Under the pieces are notes generated by a model. The model was not told the DNA's origin. It saw nothing but the letters and a program-made list of their open reading frames with translations, and made no database searches. From Azolla caroliniana (taxonomy: Eukaryota; Plantae; Polypodiophyta), in the NCBI GenBank assembly GCA_043228905.1, contig JBHGNT010000010.1, positions 4,092,001 through 4,156,000 on the forward strand: a stretch of 64,000 bases of DNA, given 5' to 3'. Every line of letters begins with the position of its first letter. Positions within the stretch are counted from its first letter, which is position 1. The translations under genes and the position numbers were made by a program. Positions 11,982 to 24,144 of this stretch are shown one piece after another.

Positions 11982-14710
11982 ATGGCTGGCAGCAGCAGCA
12001 GCAGCAGTAACAGGAGGAATAAGCGCATCTTGGCAGAAGAGCCCATACCTGTAGCCCAAGCAGATGATTGCCATGGCCATAGCCGTTGCCATGGCGCTTT
12101 CGCTGGCTATGACCAAATCCTCTGCCACACCTGCGGCCTTGGCGATCGCCAGACTCAGCTCCTTCTCTGCGATTCCTGTGACCATGGCCATCATCACTCC
12201 ACTTGCCTTCGTCCCATCCTCTTTCGAGTCCCTTCTGGGCCGTGGCTCTGTCCTTCTTGCCCCTCTACCTCTCATCATCGCCATCGCTCCATCGCAGGTC
12301 CTGTTTCTTTCCCCTCCCCGTCCCTCTCTTTCGACATGATTGTTTACCAATTCAATCCTCTGTCACGAGACCTATCAGAATTTGTGGATTGTTTTTCCTA
12401 TTCTCTTTACTGTTGATTTGAAATACCAGGAGAATTGTGATGGTCCATTAAACATATGCATTTGGATGACAAGGGAAAAAAGAAATGATTTTTTCTGTAA
12501 CGCTAACTTACAATCTATGTGTATACCCATTTATCTCTCTTTTATGACATTTGTAACCCTAATTCCGTGCTTGGAACCCTAATTTATAAATTCTTCGCAT
12601 GAACCATATAAACTCCTGGATTTAGCTCTGTGTTATCATCCTTTTTTTTAATTTCTCACCCTGAATGAAAACGATTCTACACATCAACAACAGTAAATTC
12701 TATCTCCCTCTCATCATCGATGTCTTCGATTACCAAAAGAATGGTGTACGAAAATCCGTTTCTTGCCTCTAAAAACTCTTAAAATTCCTCTCAGATTTTC
12801 CTCTGGTGCAGACCAAAATTGTGGATTTCTTCAGAATTCAGAGACCGTTTCAATCATTGGATGGTAATCACAATGTCTATGGCTTTTTGGGAAATAATTT
12901 CCTGTGAATATACAATTCACAGTACAAGGTTGTTTTCCGTCCATGTAATTGAAATTCTGTTTTGATGCCTTTCATGGGAGTATCAGGTGGAAAGAAGCGA
13001 AGGAAGACAACAGCTTCGAGCCTCTGTCTGTGAGAAGAAGAGCAGAAAGTTGATCACCTTTACTCCATCAGGAGATCCATGGCAGCGTTTGAAGCAGATG
13101 GCATCACTAGCCACAGCTATGACCAATTCTGGAGTAGTGTATAGTGATGAACTCACCTATATATCTGGTTTAGCGCCATGATCTGCCAATAATCCAAATT
13201 TAGAGAAAGGAGGAATGCAGGTCTTTATAACTAATCCCTGAAGTTTTCCTTTATTCCGTGGATAGTTACCCTTCAGTTTTCCTTTATTGCTCCCATGATT
13301 GCCCCTGAGTTTGCCTTTTATCCTCCCTGATTATTTACCCTGACCCTTTCCATTATCCGCCTGATGATTGTCTCTAAATTTTCCTCTATCGCCAATGATT
13401 ACTCAGATCTGTTTTTCATTATGTTGATGATTTTATTAATTCCTACAGATTACATCAATAAAAACCCTCCAAATAGAAACAGAAAATGGGATGTATTGAC
13501 CATGTAGTCTCTCAAATTAACATGTCAGTGAGAATAAGGGGGTTGATTGATCGATTAAAAACTCTTGGACATTTTTAAAGAGAGAGAAATTATTTCTGTA
13601 CCTATATTATGCATATGTTGCACATTTGAAGATTGCTTGCTTTGATTTGTTGTGTTGGTATATTGATTATTTGAGGTATGCCTATAGGCCTGTGATACCG
13701 ATTAGATCCTTGCAAATGCAAATTGTTGAATTGTAGTTCTACTACACCGGTAATTTGAACTGTCTATACGTTTTATATACAAATTGGATACTTGTAAATG
13801 CAATTTGTTATGCGTTAATTGAATCATTAGGTCAGTTTCTTGTACGAAGTTAAGATAGATGTTTGACATGCACACCACTTCATCGGTGATTGTTTAATGA
13901 ATTTATTGCATTTTATTTAAGTTTTAATGTTCAATGCAGGTCATGAGCAAGGAAGATAAAGCTGCATATGATTGATGTATAGACAGGGTGCTTGTGCTCC
14001 ATTAATGGTCTCCTTTGATTCTCATGAAGGGTATATTTCCTTATATAATTCCATCTCTCACAAACAAAAGCTATTGTGATTTTGGACGCAGTGATTAGGG
14101 ATACCAGGAGAATTGTGATGGTCCATTAAACATATGTATTTGGATGACAAGGGAAAAAAGAAAGGATTTGTAATCAAACTAGAGGCGATTGATTTCATTA
14201 TAATGCCTTGTGCAGGATTGTGGTGGAAGCGGATAGTGCGATCAAGGATTTAACCATTGTAGCAGAGTATATAGGCGATGTAGATTATATGAGCAAACGC
14301 GAAAGTGACGATGGAGATAGCATTATGGGTTTACTCTTTACGAATTCTCCCGACAAGGATCTGGTTATCTGTCCTGATAAAAGAGGCAACATTGCTCGAT
14401 TTGTATCGGGTATCAATAACCATACACAGTATGTTCACATAATATGTCTTGCACTTACTCACACTCTTCTGGGTGAACTATCGCATTATTTATATGCATG
14501 TTTCTAAGTTGCTAAACAGTCTTTGTGCTTCCATAAAACAATGGTGTCAGGGAAGGCAAGAAGAAACAAAACCTAAGGTGTGTAAGGTTTAATATTGATG
14601 GTGAACCACATGCTTTGTTGATTGCCATCCGCGACATTCGGAAAGGGGAGAGGCTGTATTATGACTACAATGGATACCGACATGATTATCCAACAGAACA
14701 TTTTGCGTAA
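11982..14710 (+). pseudogene. ATXR5/6: ATXR5/ATXR6-type histone H3K27 monomethyltransferase (PHD-PIP-SET), disrupted
   Basis: Six GT-AG exons: 11982-12297 (PHD), 12795-12863 (PIP box QTKIVDFF), 12987-13220, 13940-14030, 14216-14428, 14551-14710 (SET: AEYIGDVDY..GNIARFVSGINNH..GERLYYDYNG..YPTEHF). Lesions: +1 frameshift at about 13025 (stop at 13031-13033), in-frame TGA at 13179-13181 where homologues have R (APRSAN), and a frameshifting deletion at about 13973. Confidence 0.9.
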
Positions 14711-15709
14711 AGCAAGAGGATAACGATGGTGAAGTCGGAGGATGAGAGTTGATCAAAGGTAGAAGATAAAGCTATCAATGCAAAAGGATAAACAATGATC
14801 AATTGCATGGGTCCTAATTGTATATCATCTAGATGTGTAAAATTCAGAGATCACAGTGTTCATTCCGCTCATCAAATAGAACTTTTGATGTTGCATTCTA
14901 AGGAACATCCCACAAATATGAGGATAATTGTTCCTTCTATAAACTACAGAACTAAAGAAAATGGTGTGATCACCATTTTACAGAGAAAAAGGTAATGGGT
15001 AAAAGGGTAACCTTTTTACAGGGTATAAGCTAATGGTAAGGGACCTTTTTACAACTACTGCTCTGCTAGGCTTGGCTACTTTCAGAGAGCTATGTAAATA
15101 ATGTTGAATCAACATTGTTCAAATAATGTGGGAAGCAATTCACATTCCATTCAATCCACTTTCTAAATGCCTTGGCAATTTTTAATTGTAAGAATTTTCT
15201 GAGTATATTATTTCTTTATGTGACCTCACTTTATGTCAAGACAATGAGAACATTGATATTTTATAATCATGTGCAACACTGCTGCAGAATTATACGTTGT
15301 AATATTGTGACATTCAATAAATAGATATAATGTTGTATATATATGAAACAGGATTCATTCATTTGCATTCACATCAAAATGGATCAAATCTATGATACAC
15401 TTTAAAATCCCTCCAAATAATCTTGAACAAAGTTAAAATTTCTGCAATACAACAGATATAACTCGATATCCAAAGACCAAGCTTTTCTTCTAATAAAAAA
15501 ACAAACGGCACAGCTTTATTCTCATGCGTCCATGTTCCAGCTTTTGTTATAGATTGGATTACTGTGGTCATGGCAAAAGATTGCAAAGCATAGATGATGA
15601 ATGGCGGCAACTGACCAAAAACACTTTATAAACAAATACATGAATTTCTCAACTTTCTCAATAATACATGAATTTATAGATGCACTTATATCACATTTTC
15701 TATTAGTTG

Positions 15710-17509
15710 TTAACTACTAATCTCACTGACTTCTGTAGCAGTTGTATAACTTTCAGATGATTGTGGTTCAACACTAGCTCCACTCATGTCTAACTGTGCA
15801 TTTAACAAAGGAATTCTAGACTGAACACCTGAAACTCTTGGAGTCATGGCTAGGGAACTGGTAATATCTGCTTCACCTAATTGATTAGATCCGTTTAAGA
15901 TATGGCAATGGGGACAATGATAAGTGATATACTGAAAATCTTCTTTTCTCGCCAGCCCTGAAAGAAAATACACTCTAACAATGTAAGAAAATCAACAAAA
16001 TACCGTTTGGAATTGTTGACTGACAAAAGTGATATTGACGTATACACACCATTATGCATGTGACAGTTCTTGCAAATTAAGGCATAGCATTGGGTAGGAT
16101 CTTCTCCAACCAACATGGCAGCTAAGCGAGCTACCCACCCTCCACTAGCATTACTCATTTTCCCTGGAAATAGCTCTATTTCCATAGATTGATCACTAGA
16201 ATCAGCATTTCCCATTCTTCCTATCCCATTTCTTTCCTGTCCTGGGGGTAATAATGATTGTTCTGAACTTGATGTTCTCTGAAGTGAAGTCCGCCTTCTT
16301 AGTCCAGTCTTGTCTAATGACTCGATTTTGTGGTTTTTTCCTGGGCTAGCATGCATATTTTCATCTGTCATATTCAATGGTTCCAACTTAAAAGCAAGTC
16401 CAGCATCAGCTCCAAGCTTTGAAGCAAGGACTCGAGCTGCAGCTTCTTTGGCTGCTGGATCAGAATCATATTTCTGAAACCAAAAATATAGCATGAAATA
16501 AAGTCTTCAACTAGATAACCTTTATTTTCATATTCACTAAAGCTACTCAATACAAAATTCTAGATCAAGGAAAATGGGGTGCTAGTAAACAAAGGTTGGA
16601 ACCAACATGGATGAGTTGTTGTGTCAAATAGTAATTTGTCCTCTCCTTGAGCTCGTCTATTTTGGCTTTCCTTTCATCACGAAGACGGTCTAAAACCTTT
16701 TGATCTTTGCGTTCACCTGCAAACAAACAAATTACAGTGATTAGCCCTTCAAGATATGGTAGAAATACGTATTCATTCTATCAACAATAAAAAACAAGGT
16801 GAACTCAAAATTACAAATCAGGTCCAGTCAATGTAGTAGATGTAGCTACAAGGTCAAGAAGAGTTTACACATTCTGTAGATGCTCCCACAGGCAGAGTAT
16901 ACCAGGGATGCAAGGGTAGGGAATGCAAACATGGGAAATACACGAATGGCCCTAGCTTGCCATGATATATCTGGTGCTCTGGTCATTACTATAGCAACTC
17001 CCAGTAGAAAAATCTGCATGCAAAATTTAATCATTTTTAAAATTTGGGCTAAAATATCATAGGAACTATGAAAATCATATTTGCTTCATACTCATTATCG
17101 ATCATTTCCATCTTCGTCCTACAACTCTTCATGTAAGTGCATGTTCACTTTAGGGTTTAGGGTTTAGTGTTCTCAAAATAACTAGTACCTCAATAACTAT
17201 CGAATAAATAATCATCCCCCTAGCAAGCTTTCGCCAACTTTGAGAGCGCCTCTTAAGGCGAGCATGTATGGCTGCCTCTTCTTTGGAAAGATGCTCTAAT
17301 TTCTTACCAAAGTCTTCATTGTGAGATCTGTAAAACAAGGACCCAACCAAGGAAAATGCATTCCAAATTCTTCCTAACAATCTTTTCTGTGGCTTATGGA
17401 CTGCTTCTCTTGATGTAACCTCCATGAGGTTGCTCTCATCATTTTGATCTTTAATGCTACTACCAGATGCACTCTTACCCAATCCAGCTTCTGAACTGCT
17501 TGATGACAT
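15710..17509 (-). CDS. LNP: Lunapark family ER junction protein (TM hairpin, coiled coil, C-terminal zinc ribbon)
   Basis: Exons 17509-17189, 17013-16869, 16716-16607, 16473-16050, 15957-15710 join in frame. Motifs: ERKDQKVLDRLRDERKAKIDELKERTNYY.TQQLI, KYDSDPAAK, GGWVARLAAMLVGEDPTQCYALICKNCHMHNGLARKEDF.YITYHCPHC..LN. A probable 5'UTR intron runs from a donor at 19588/19587 to an acceptor at 17512; the start codon could alternatively be 17539. Confidence 0.92.
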
Positions 17510-19826
17510 TCCTGCATTCACAAATCTCTCTCTCTTCATCTCAATTTTAGAGTTACAAACAGCCAGAAATTACAATCTATACTTCTATCTCAATTTTCAG
17601 ATTTACATAGACACAGCATCTTATTTATTTATACAAAGGCTTTTCCCTCAATTTGCCCTGTTTTAGTAAGCTATACTTCCATTTTTCCAACTATCCCCAT
17701 CCTTTTTTAGGTAGACTATGGGTGAAGACGTTAACATAGTAAGCAAGCCTCCATTTCCAGCAAGTGGTCTCTTTTTAGGTAGGATCTAGAGTCATTAATG
17801 TAATGTTATCAGAACCACTGATATGTCAGGAACATCCAGCACGACCAACATATGACCTTGATGAAGACAAAGCTATACATCACCAGCATTGTTTGATGCT
17901 TCCTGATAATCATTTCATGTGCAAGGTTGCAATCTGAGTTGCCAATGTAGCAGGGTGCCATGTCACCACATCCAACATTCAGCAATACTGATGGCAATGT
18001 CATGACCACGAGTATGGTGCCACATAGGTGATAGGAAGGCTATATTTTACATGTCCATCTATATTTGAAACCAAGATGTTTTGTGTGAGATGTCACATAC
18101 AGAAGACAGGACTTCTGGGTACTGAATCCAATAACCTAACCACGAGGCCAACCGTTGACCTTTGAAGTAGAAACGTTTTTATTTTGGGTTCAGTTTTAGG
18201 AAGTTAGAGAAGAGACGTACAGTTTTCTTTTGGTTCTGGCATTGACAAGTTAAAATAAACAGTAGCAGTCTTTGCCAGGGCTCATAGACCATTATGGTCT
18301 TTTAGAGATGTATACCATTTTTTTGGTAATCGCATTGAATAGTTTACATAAAAAATTGTAAACTTTGTTAGGTCTTGTAGGCCATTATGGTCTTTTTGAC
18401 ATAGTTCTATATCTTTCTCTCTATCTCTCTCACACACAGGCTCTCTCTCAGCTTACAATTGTATTAGAAAATCTTTGCATGCTAGTACGTTGAGTATTAA
18501 TAGCTCCATAACAAAGGTTATGTTTGTGAAAACTCTCAATGAAGATAAGCCATTGTACCAAACTATTAAACCATCTCCTTCTCGGATCAGGCAAATTGCA
18601 CTCACCTTTACATGCTAGAGAATATCAACTTCTCTACGCTTCACACCATTGCTTCCTTAGAACTTAGCTCAAATTCTTTTTCAGATGAGATTGGGGGTTT
18701 AGGCACCAGCAAGGAGACTAATTGACCATGCATATTTTTTCCTGAACAAGTTATAGGTTCTGAGTATCACACTCTACTGCGATGCTCCACCTAAGATCAT
18801 ATTTGAGTTTTCTTTCTCCACATTTTCAAGATTGAAATATCACTATACACATTTCTCTTTAAAGCAGAATGTTCATTCTGAATTACAATGTTCGTTTGCA
18901 AATTGTTGAACATCAAGATTCGTCAACTCTAAACACAGCATGAAAATGTTCCACTCTAGTCCCTGAGGTGCACCTGACCTCCGAGGATAATAACACTATT
19001 TCTCTCAGTCTGAATAATAATTGTCAATACACTTCATAAGAGACCAAGAGACCCTTGATTTGTGAATATAATTCGTGAGGGACCACGAATTATTTGACCA
19101 TGGAAAACTGAATTTAGGCCATTTCAAAATACTACAAACACATAAAAAAAGATACATTTTCTTCATCGACAAAAAGGAGTTGCCACATTCCAACATACTT
19201 CAAAAGAGATTGAAAATAGTTTGACCCTCGGAGAACAACTGAATTTAAACGATTTGATAAAACTATAAAGACTACAAAAAATGCAAATTAACTTCATAAA
19301 TAATAAAGTGTAATCACATTCCAAAATACTTCAAACGAGGCCTAAGGATCCATCCGATCTTAGGCAAAAAACGAAAGGCGTTCTACTCTTTTACGATGGA
19401 TCCACATGAATACAAAGAAAGCGAAACCTTTTGTTCTTTGAGGCAACAGGAAAGTGATCCAAAAATACTTTCCTAAACCATCAAGAAATCCTCCGATCTC
19501 AGAAAACAAGGGACCCACACGACGATCCAAACATAAATAAAAAGAATTTGATGCAAAGATATAGATAGCTTTCTGGGTCAGATTTACCTGGTGAGAGGTT
19601 TAAGGATGCGTGGGGAACAATGGATGGGTTGGATCGATTATCGCTGCGACAGAGCAAAATGTGATCGAAACACGTCTTACACAGAAAAAAAAGGCTCTAT
19701 ACACACGCACAACAGTGTCATTACGTTTCTAAATTCTCAAAACGTACCCTTCTCTTCTACTTATGGATAATTACAATCGATACCCCGATATATATATTAT
19801 GTTAGAAAATCAGATTACTCTGGTGA

Positions 19827-20235
19827 GATCATGTTTTGCATCTCTATGTAATACTCCATATAAGAACAACTCATACAATATCCATTATCATTATCAATGG
19901 ATTCCCGTAGTGATTATGAGGATGATTTTCAATGTGATTATTAGTTTAAAAATGATATTATAACAAACTGAAATTAGATTGATGTTTTAATGCATGTTAG
20001 AGTTGTGCTAAATGAGTCGTGGATCATGGATCATGTTTTGCATCTCTATGTAATACTCCATATAAGAACAACTCATACAATATCCATTAGCATTATTAGT
20101 GCATTCCCATAGTGATTATGAGGATGATTTTCAATGTGATTATTAGTTTAAAAATGATATTATAACAAACTGAAATTAGATTGATGTTTTAATGCATGTA
20201 AGAGTTGTGCTAAAAGAGTCGTGGATCATGGATCA
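19827..20235. repeat. Near-perfect tandem duplication, 202-bp unit x2, upstream of Lunapark
   Basis: GATCATGTTTTGCATCTCTATGTAATACTCC...GAGTCGTGGATCATG starts at 19827 and 20029, with few substitutions. Confidence 0.92.
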
Positions 20236-22829
20236 CATGCAAATAATAACCAAGTAACTTCGGTAGATTATGAATGCATGATGTATTGATCTTTATCCAG
20301 ACTACATTTGAAATTTTCTATAATACATATTAGAGAGGCTATGGAATTTTTAAGGATTGGTTTTGATCAATAGTAATTGCAATTTGCAGTGTTTTCTGCC
20401 ATTTACAAGCTTATGTTAATGATAACATATTTAATGAAATTGTGGGGTTTATCAATATCGTCATGGTGAAAAGATGCATAAACCAAACCTTGTGGTTAAA
20501 TATCATCTGCCAACACGAAAGAATTATATTTAACGAATACATGTTTGGAATCAAACCAAACCTTGTTACGGAGGTAGCTTAATGACATATGCACGAACCC
20601 TCTCTTTGAAATTGTAGTTTACGTGCTTGAAATCTGTTTCATTAAAAGACCACATACTTGAAGAACTTCTTTGAGCATATCGGTGATGTTATTGAAAACC
20701 AACGGTAAAACTACGTGCATTATATCTCTAGAGGATATTACATGCAACAATACTAGGATACATATGCATGTTAGTTGAGGAACATCTTCACCCTTAAATA
20801 TAGTTACAATGATACCATACCCCATACACAAAATAAACTTAAAGGGTAATATGATGTGCATATGATCTATCACATCCTTGAGGGAGGACAATGATAAGAG
20901 TTTTTAATCATTAGTTTGTTTGATATATTTGTAAATAACACATAGATGCCAACTTCCCTTCATCTTTTGTAAAAACTTAGCCACTCATATACCTCCAATT
21001 AACTTGAAGTGCTCATTCATTGATTTGCAACTTCTATACACTCAATATTCCTAAGTTGGTAAGAGAGGATATCCATGTGTGCACAACAAGATAATTTTGA
21101 ATGTACTCGAAACATATTACTTTATTCATTAGCCTTCTTTCTTTGCAAATATCATCCGGAATTTATGGTCATGTTTAAGGTTGCCACACTTGTTTGATCA
21201 TGAATAATTGAGAACGTTTAGAGTGGATATATGGATATTGGCAAACGTAACATTACCAGAGGTAGGCAAAATATTTCAAATAATGAAACAAATTCAAGTT
21301 CATGTATGCATACGAAACATCGAAGACATTTGTTGGAAAGTTGCGTCTAGGTTCATGAAAATTCTAAACATTCACTTAAGTTTACCAATTAGGCGAAATA
21401 AAGCTTAAAATCTCATCTCTCTCATAGAGTCTATGTATCAAAAGTAGCAACTGCATGCAATGTATCAAAACAAATCAAGTCATATCCTTGAAGATACTAA
21501 TCGTGTAAATTTGTAGAGCACATTTGAAGTTTACAACAATGGACTTTATATATAACATTATCGTTAATTCTTTTCGGACATCTTGAAGCATGCTATGTAT
21601 AGTATATTTGATCATTTTGAAAGAATGAAACATCTAGTCTACCGCTATTCACACATTATATAAAGCTTGTGATACATGCTTACAACACAATATTCGTTCT
21701 TTAGTACGAACATTCTTGTTGTACAATTTCAGGTTGTTTCGTAGGAGATCACCTCTTCCTAAGGAGTTATTTATTGTTTGAGAAGACTCCATTTGAAAAG
21801 TTATTTGTAAAGCACAAATATAAGAAGATATTTGTTGAAATAGTGTGAAGGAAAGAATAGGAGACAACACAACAATCTAGTTTTTTTGGACTATAATTTT
21901 GAAGTACATAGATATCCCTTTTTGTTTTTGTTTATAGGATGTTGTAAGAATTATCAGAAAAAGCTTCACCTTGTGCTTTGCACAAAATGTTCCTTCTTGC
22001 ACTTGTATGCATGTTATATTTACACGAACCATGGAAGGGAGTACGGATTTTCCCTACCTTCCAATGATTATACTCGATGAGGACCATATAATTGATGCTA
22101 TACGTGAAATTTCATACTTCATTATCATCAAAAGCTTTTGGTTTCAACTTTCAAACATATGGTTTGATGTAAGGATATCTTGTATTAACATGAGTCTTTC
22201 AAAAGTATAGATGGATGGATATTAAAGCCATTGCCAATCAAGCACATTCCTTTGGTGCAAAAAAAGACAACATTCTACTTGTCCATCTATCATATATATG
22301 TAAAACACCACCAATTTAGTTGTCACTAGGCGAATATTGAACTTATAAACAAACAACTCTAAGCTCATTGCCATTACCCAAGTAAGTAAGTAGGGTAGAC
22401 TCCAATAGACACTATCGCCCCCCCCCCCCCCCCCCCCATTCTCTCTCTCTCCCCTCCACAATAACAAATAGTTCTATTTGTTTTTATAATCATGTAACTT
22501 TTCATGAATTACATAGTTGCTCTTTTATTTCAATATAGTTATTCCCATTGTATTATATTTGGTCCTTTTTTCTAGGAGATATGTGAGACAAAGACTACAC
22601 TTTCCGAGGATCCTAACCAACAATAAAGACATCCATACAAGTAATGATCTAGAAGCTAGAAGGCACGATTGAATTCGTCATTTTCTAACACTAAAGCTCC
22701 TCTCAGAAACATTGCCCGTGAGGTTTCCGAAAGCGAAACAAACATCCTACAAGGATAATATGCAAACATCCCTCCCATATACAATTTTTTGTTTTGGCCC
22801 TCCACTTAATCCCGATAAAAGCTTGCACA

Positions 22830-23115
22830 CACATGCATACATACACAAACATCCATCCATCCATACATATAGAACACGACACGACACATACATACATACA
22901 TATAGAACATGACATGACAACATACATACATATAGAACATGACATACATACATACATACATACATCCATCCATATAGAACATGACATGACATACATACAT
23001 ATGTACATACCAAACGTGACATGACATACATACATATGTACATACACAAAACATGACATGACATACATACATATATATGTACATACAAAACATGACACGA
23101 CATACATACACATAC
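22830..23115. repeat. Compound (ACAT)n/ACATG minisatellite
   Basis: Repeated ACATACATACATATAGAACATGACATG-like units. They explain the cluster of spurious overlapping ORFs here. Confidence 0.9.
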
Positions 23116-23622
23116 CGATGGGTTGTGTCGTGAGCCCATGCACATTCATTCACGTACCAGACTCCGACACGGTCATATGTCGGGCACATGGACGCGTTCC
23201 CATTACGAATGGAGGCATTATCAAGATAGACGTCCCAACTCAAACGGACGGCCGGACAAAACTCTCCGCCCGTCCGTCCGTATGTAGAGTTTGTCCGGCC
23301 GTTTGAGGGGTAAATGAAAGTACCCGTTTGAGGAGGAAGAAGAAGAACGCACACAAAAAAAAAAAACATACACACACATTCTCTCGCTCAGTTCATATTT
23401 GAATTTCAAAATTCAAAAAAGCAAAAATCCAAAAAAGCAAACAAAAAAGCCAAAAAAGCAAAACAAATACATACATACAAATCCTGCTTCGTCTTTCTTC
23501 TTCTTCTTCTTCTTCGTCGTCGTCGTCTGCTGCGTCTTCTTTCTTCTTCTTCTTCTTCTTCTTCTTCTTCTTCACTCTGTGAGTCTGCAGGTTCCTTCCT
23601 GCCGCCATAGCCAGCTTCGTTC

Positions 23623-24100
23623 ATGGCCACCATCTCCCTACCTCAACGCCACACTTCCTCTCCTTCCGATCAGCCTCGCCTCCTTTCCCTTTCTGCTGCT
23701 CCATCCTCTCCCGCCGCCGCCATGCCTCCTCACTCCTCCTCCTCCTCCCCTTCCTTTCCCGCCTCTTACCGTCAATCCTCCTTCCTCAAGCCTCTCTCCT
23801 CACTCGATTCCAACGTTACCCTTTCTGGACCTGCTCCGCCTCTCTCCAACAACAAGGTTCCAAATTCGACTGAAGATCACGATGTAATCCTTCTTTTATA
23901 GAAACCACTAAGAGATCTCTAATGCTTCCTTCTGCGCTTCTGATTCTTTACTCGTTTGGAATTCCTCGTTTGCAACTCACCATGCACACTTCTTCTTCAT
24001 CACTCACCAAATTTCTGTTTTTTTATTTCTTCCTCGTTATGCATCTTGTTTTTAACCATTGAATTCCTGACTGTGGTTTCTGCGCACATTTTCTTTCCTT

Positions 24101-24144
<44 letters not shown>

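Noticed and set aside
13179-13181. Rescue of the ATXR5/6 TGA by U-to-C editing, selenocysteine or the UCA-anticodon relic
   Set aside because: Plant U-to-C editing is organellar, land plants lack the Sec system, the tRNA relic lacks an acceptor stem, and two frameshifts would remain anyway.
17149-17167. TTTAGGG repeats as an interstitial telomere
   Set aside because: Fewer than three units; short telo-box-like runs are common in plant introns.
20300-22200. Possible decayed hAT transposase (CCAH and WLS-like peptides on the minus strand)
   Set aside because: Only 3-4 residue matches, with no continuous frame or termini; not supportable without a search.
22703-23633. Cluster of ORFs rich in C/M/Y/V, H/I/T or K/E/R
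   Set aside because: Translations of the ACAT minisatellite and (CTT)n tracts.
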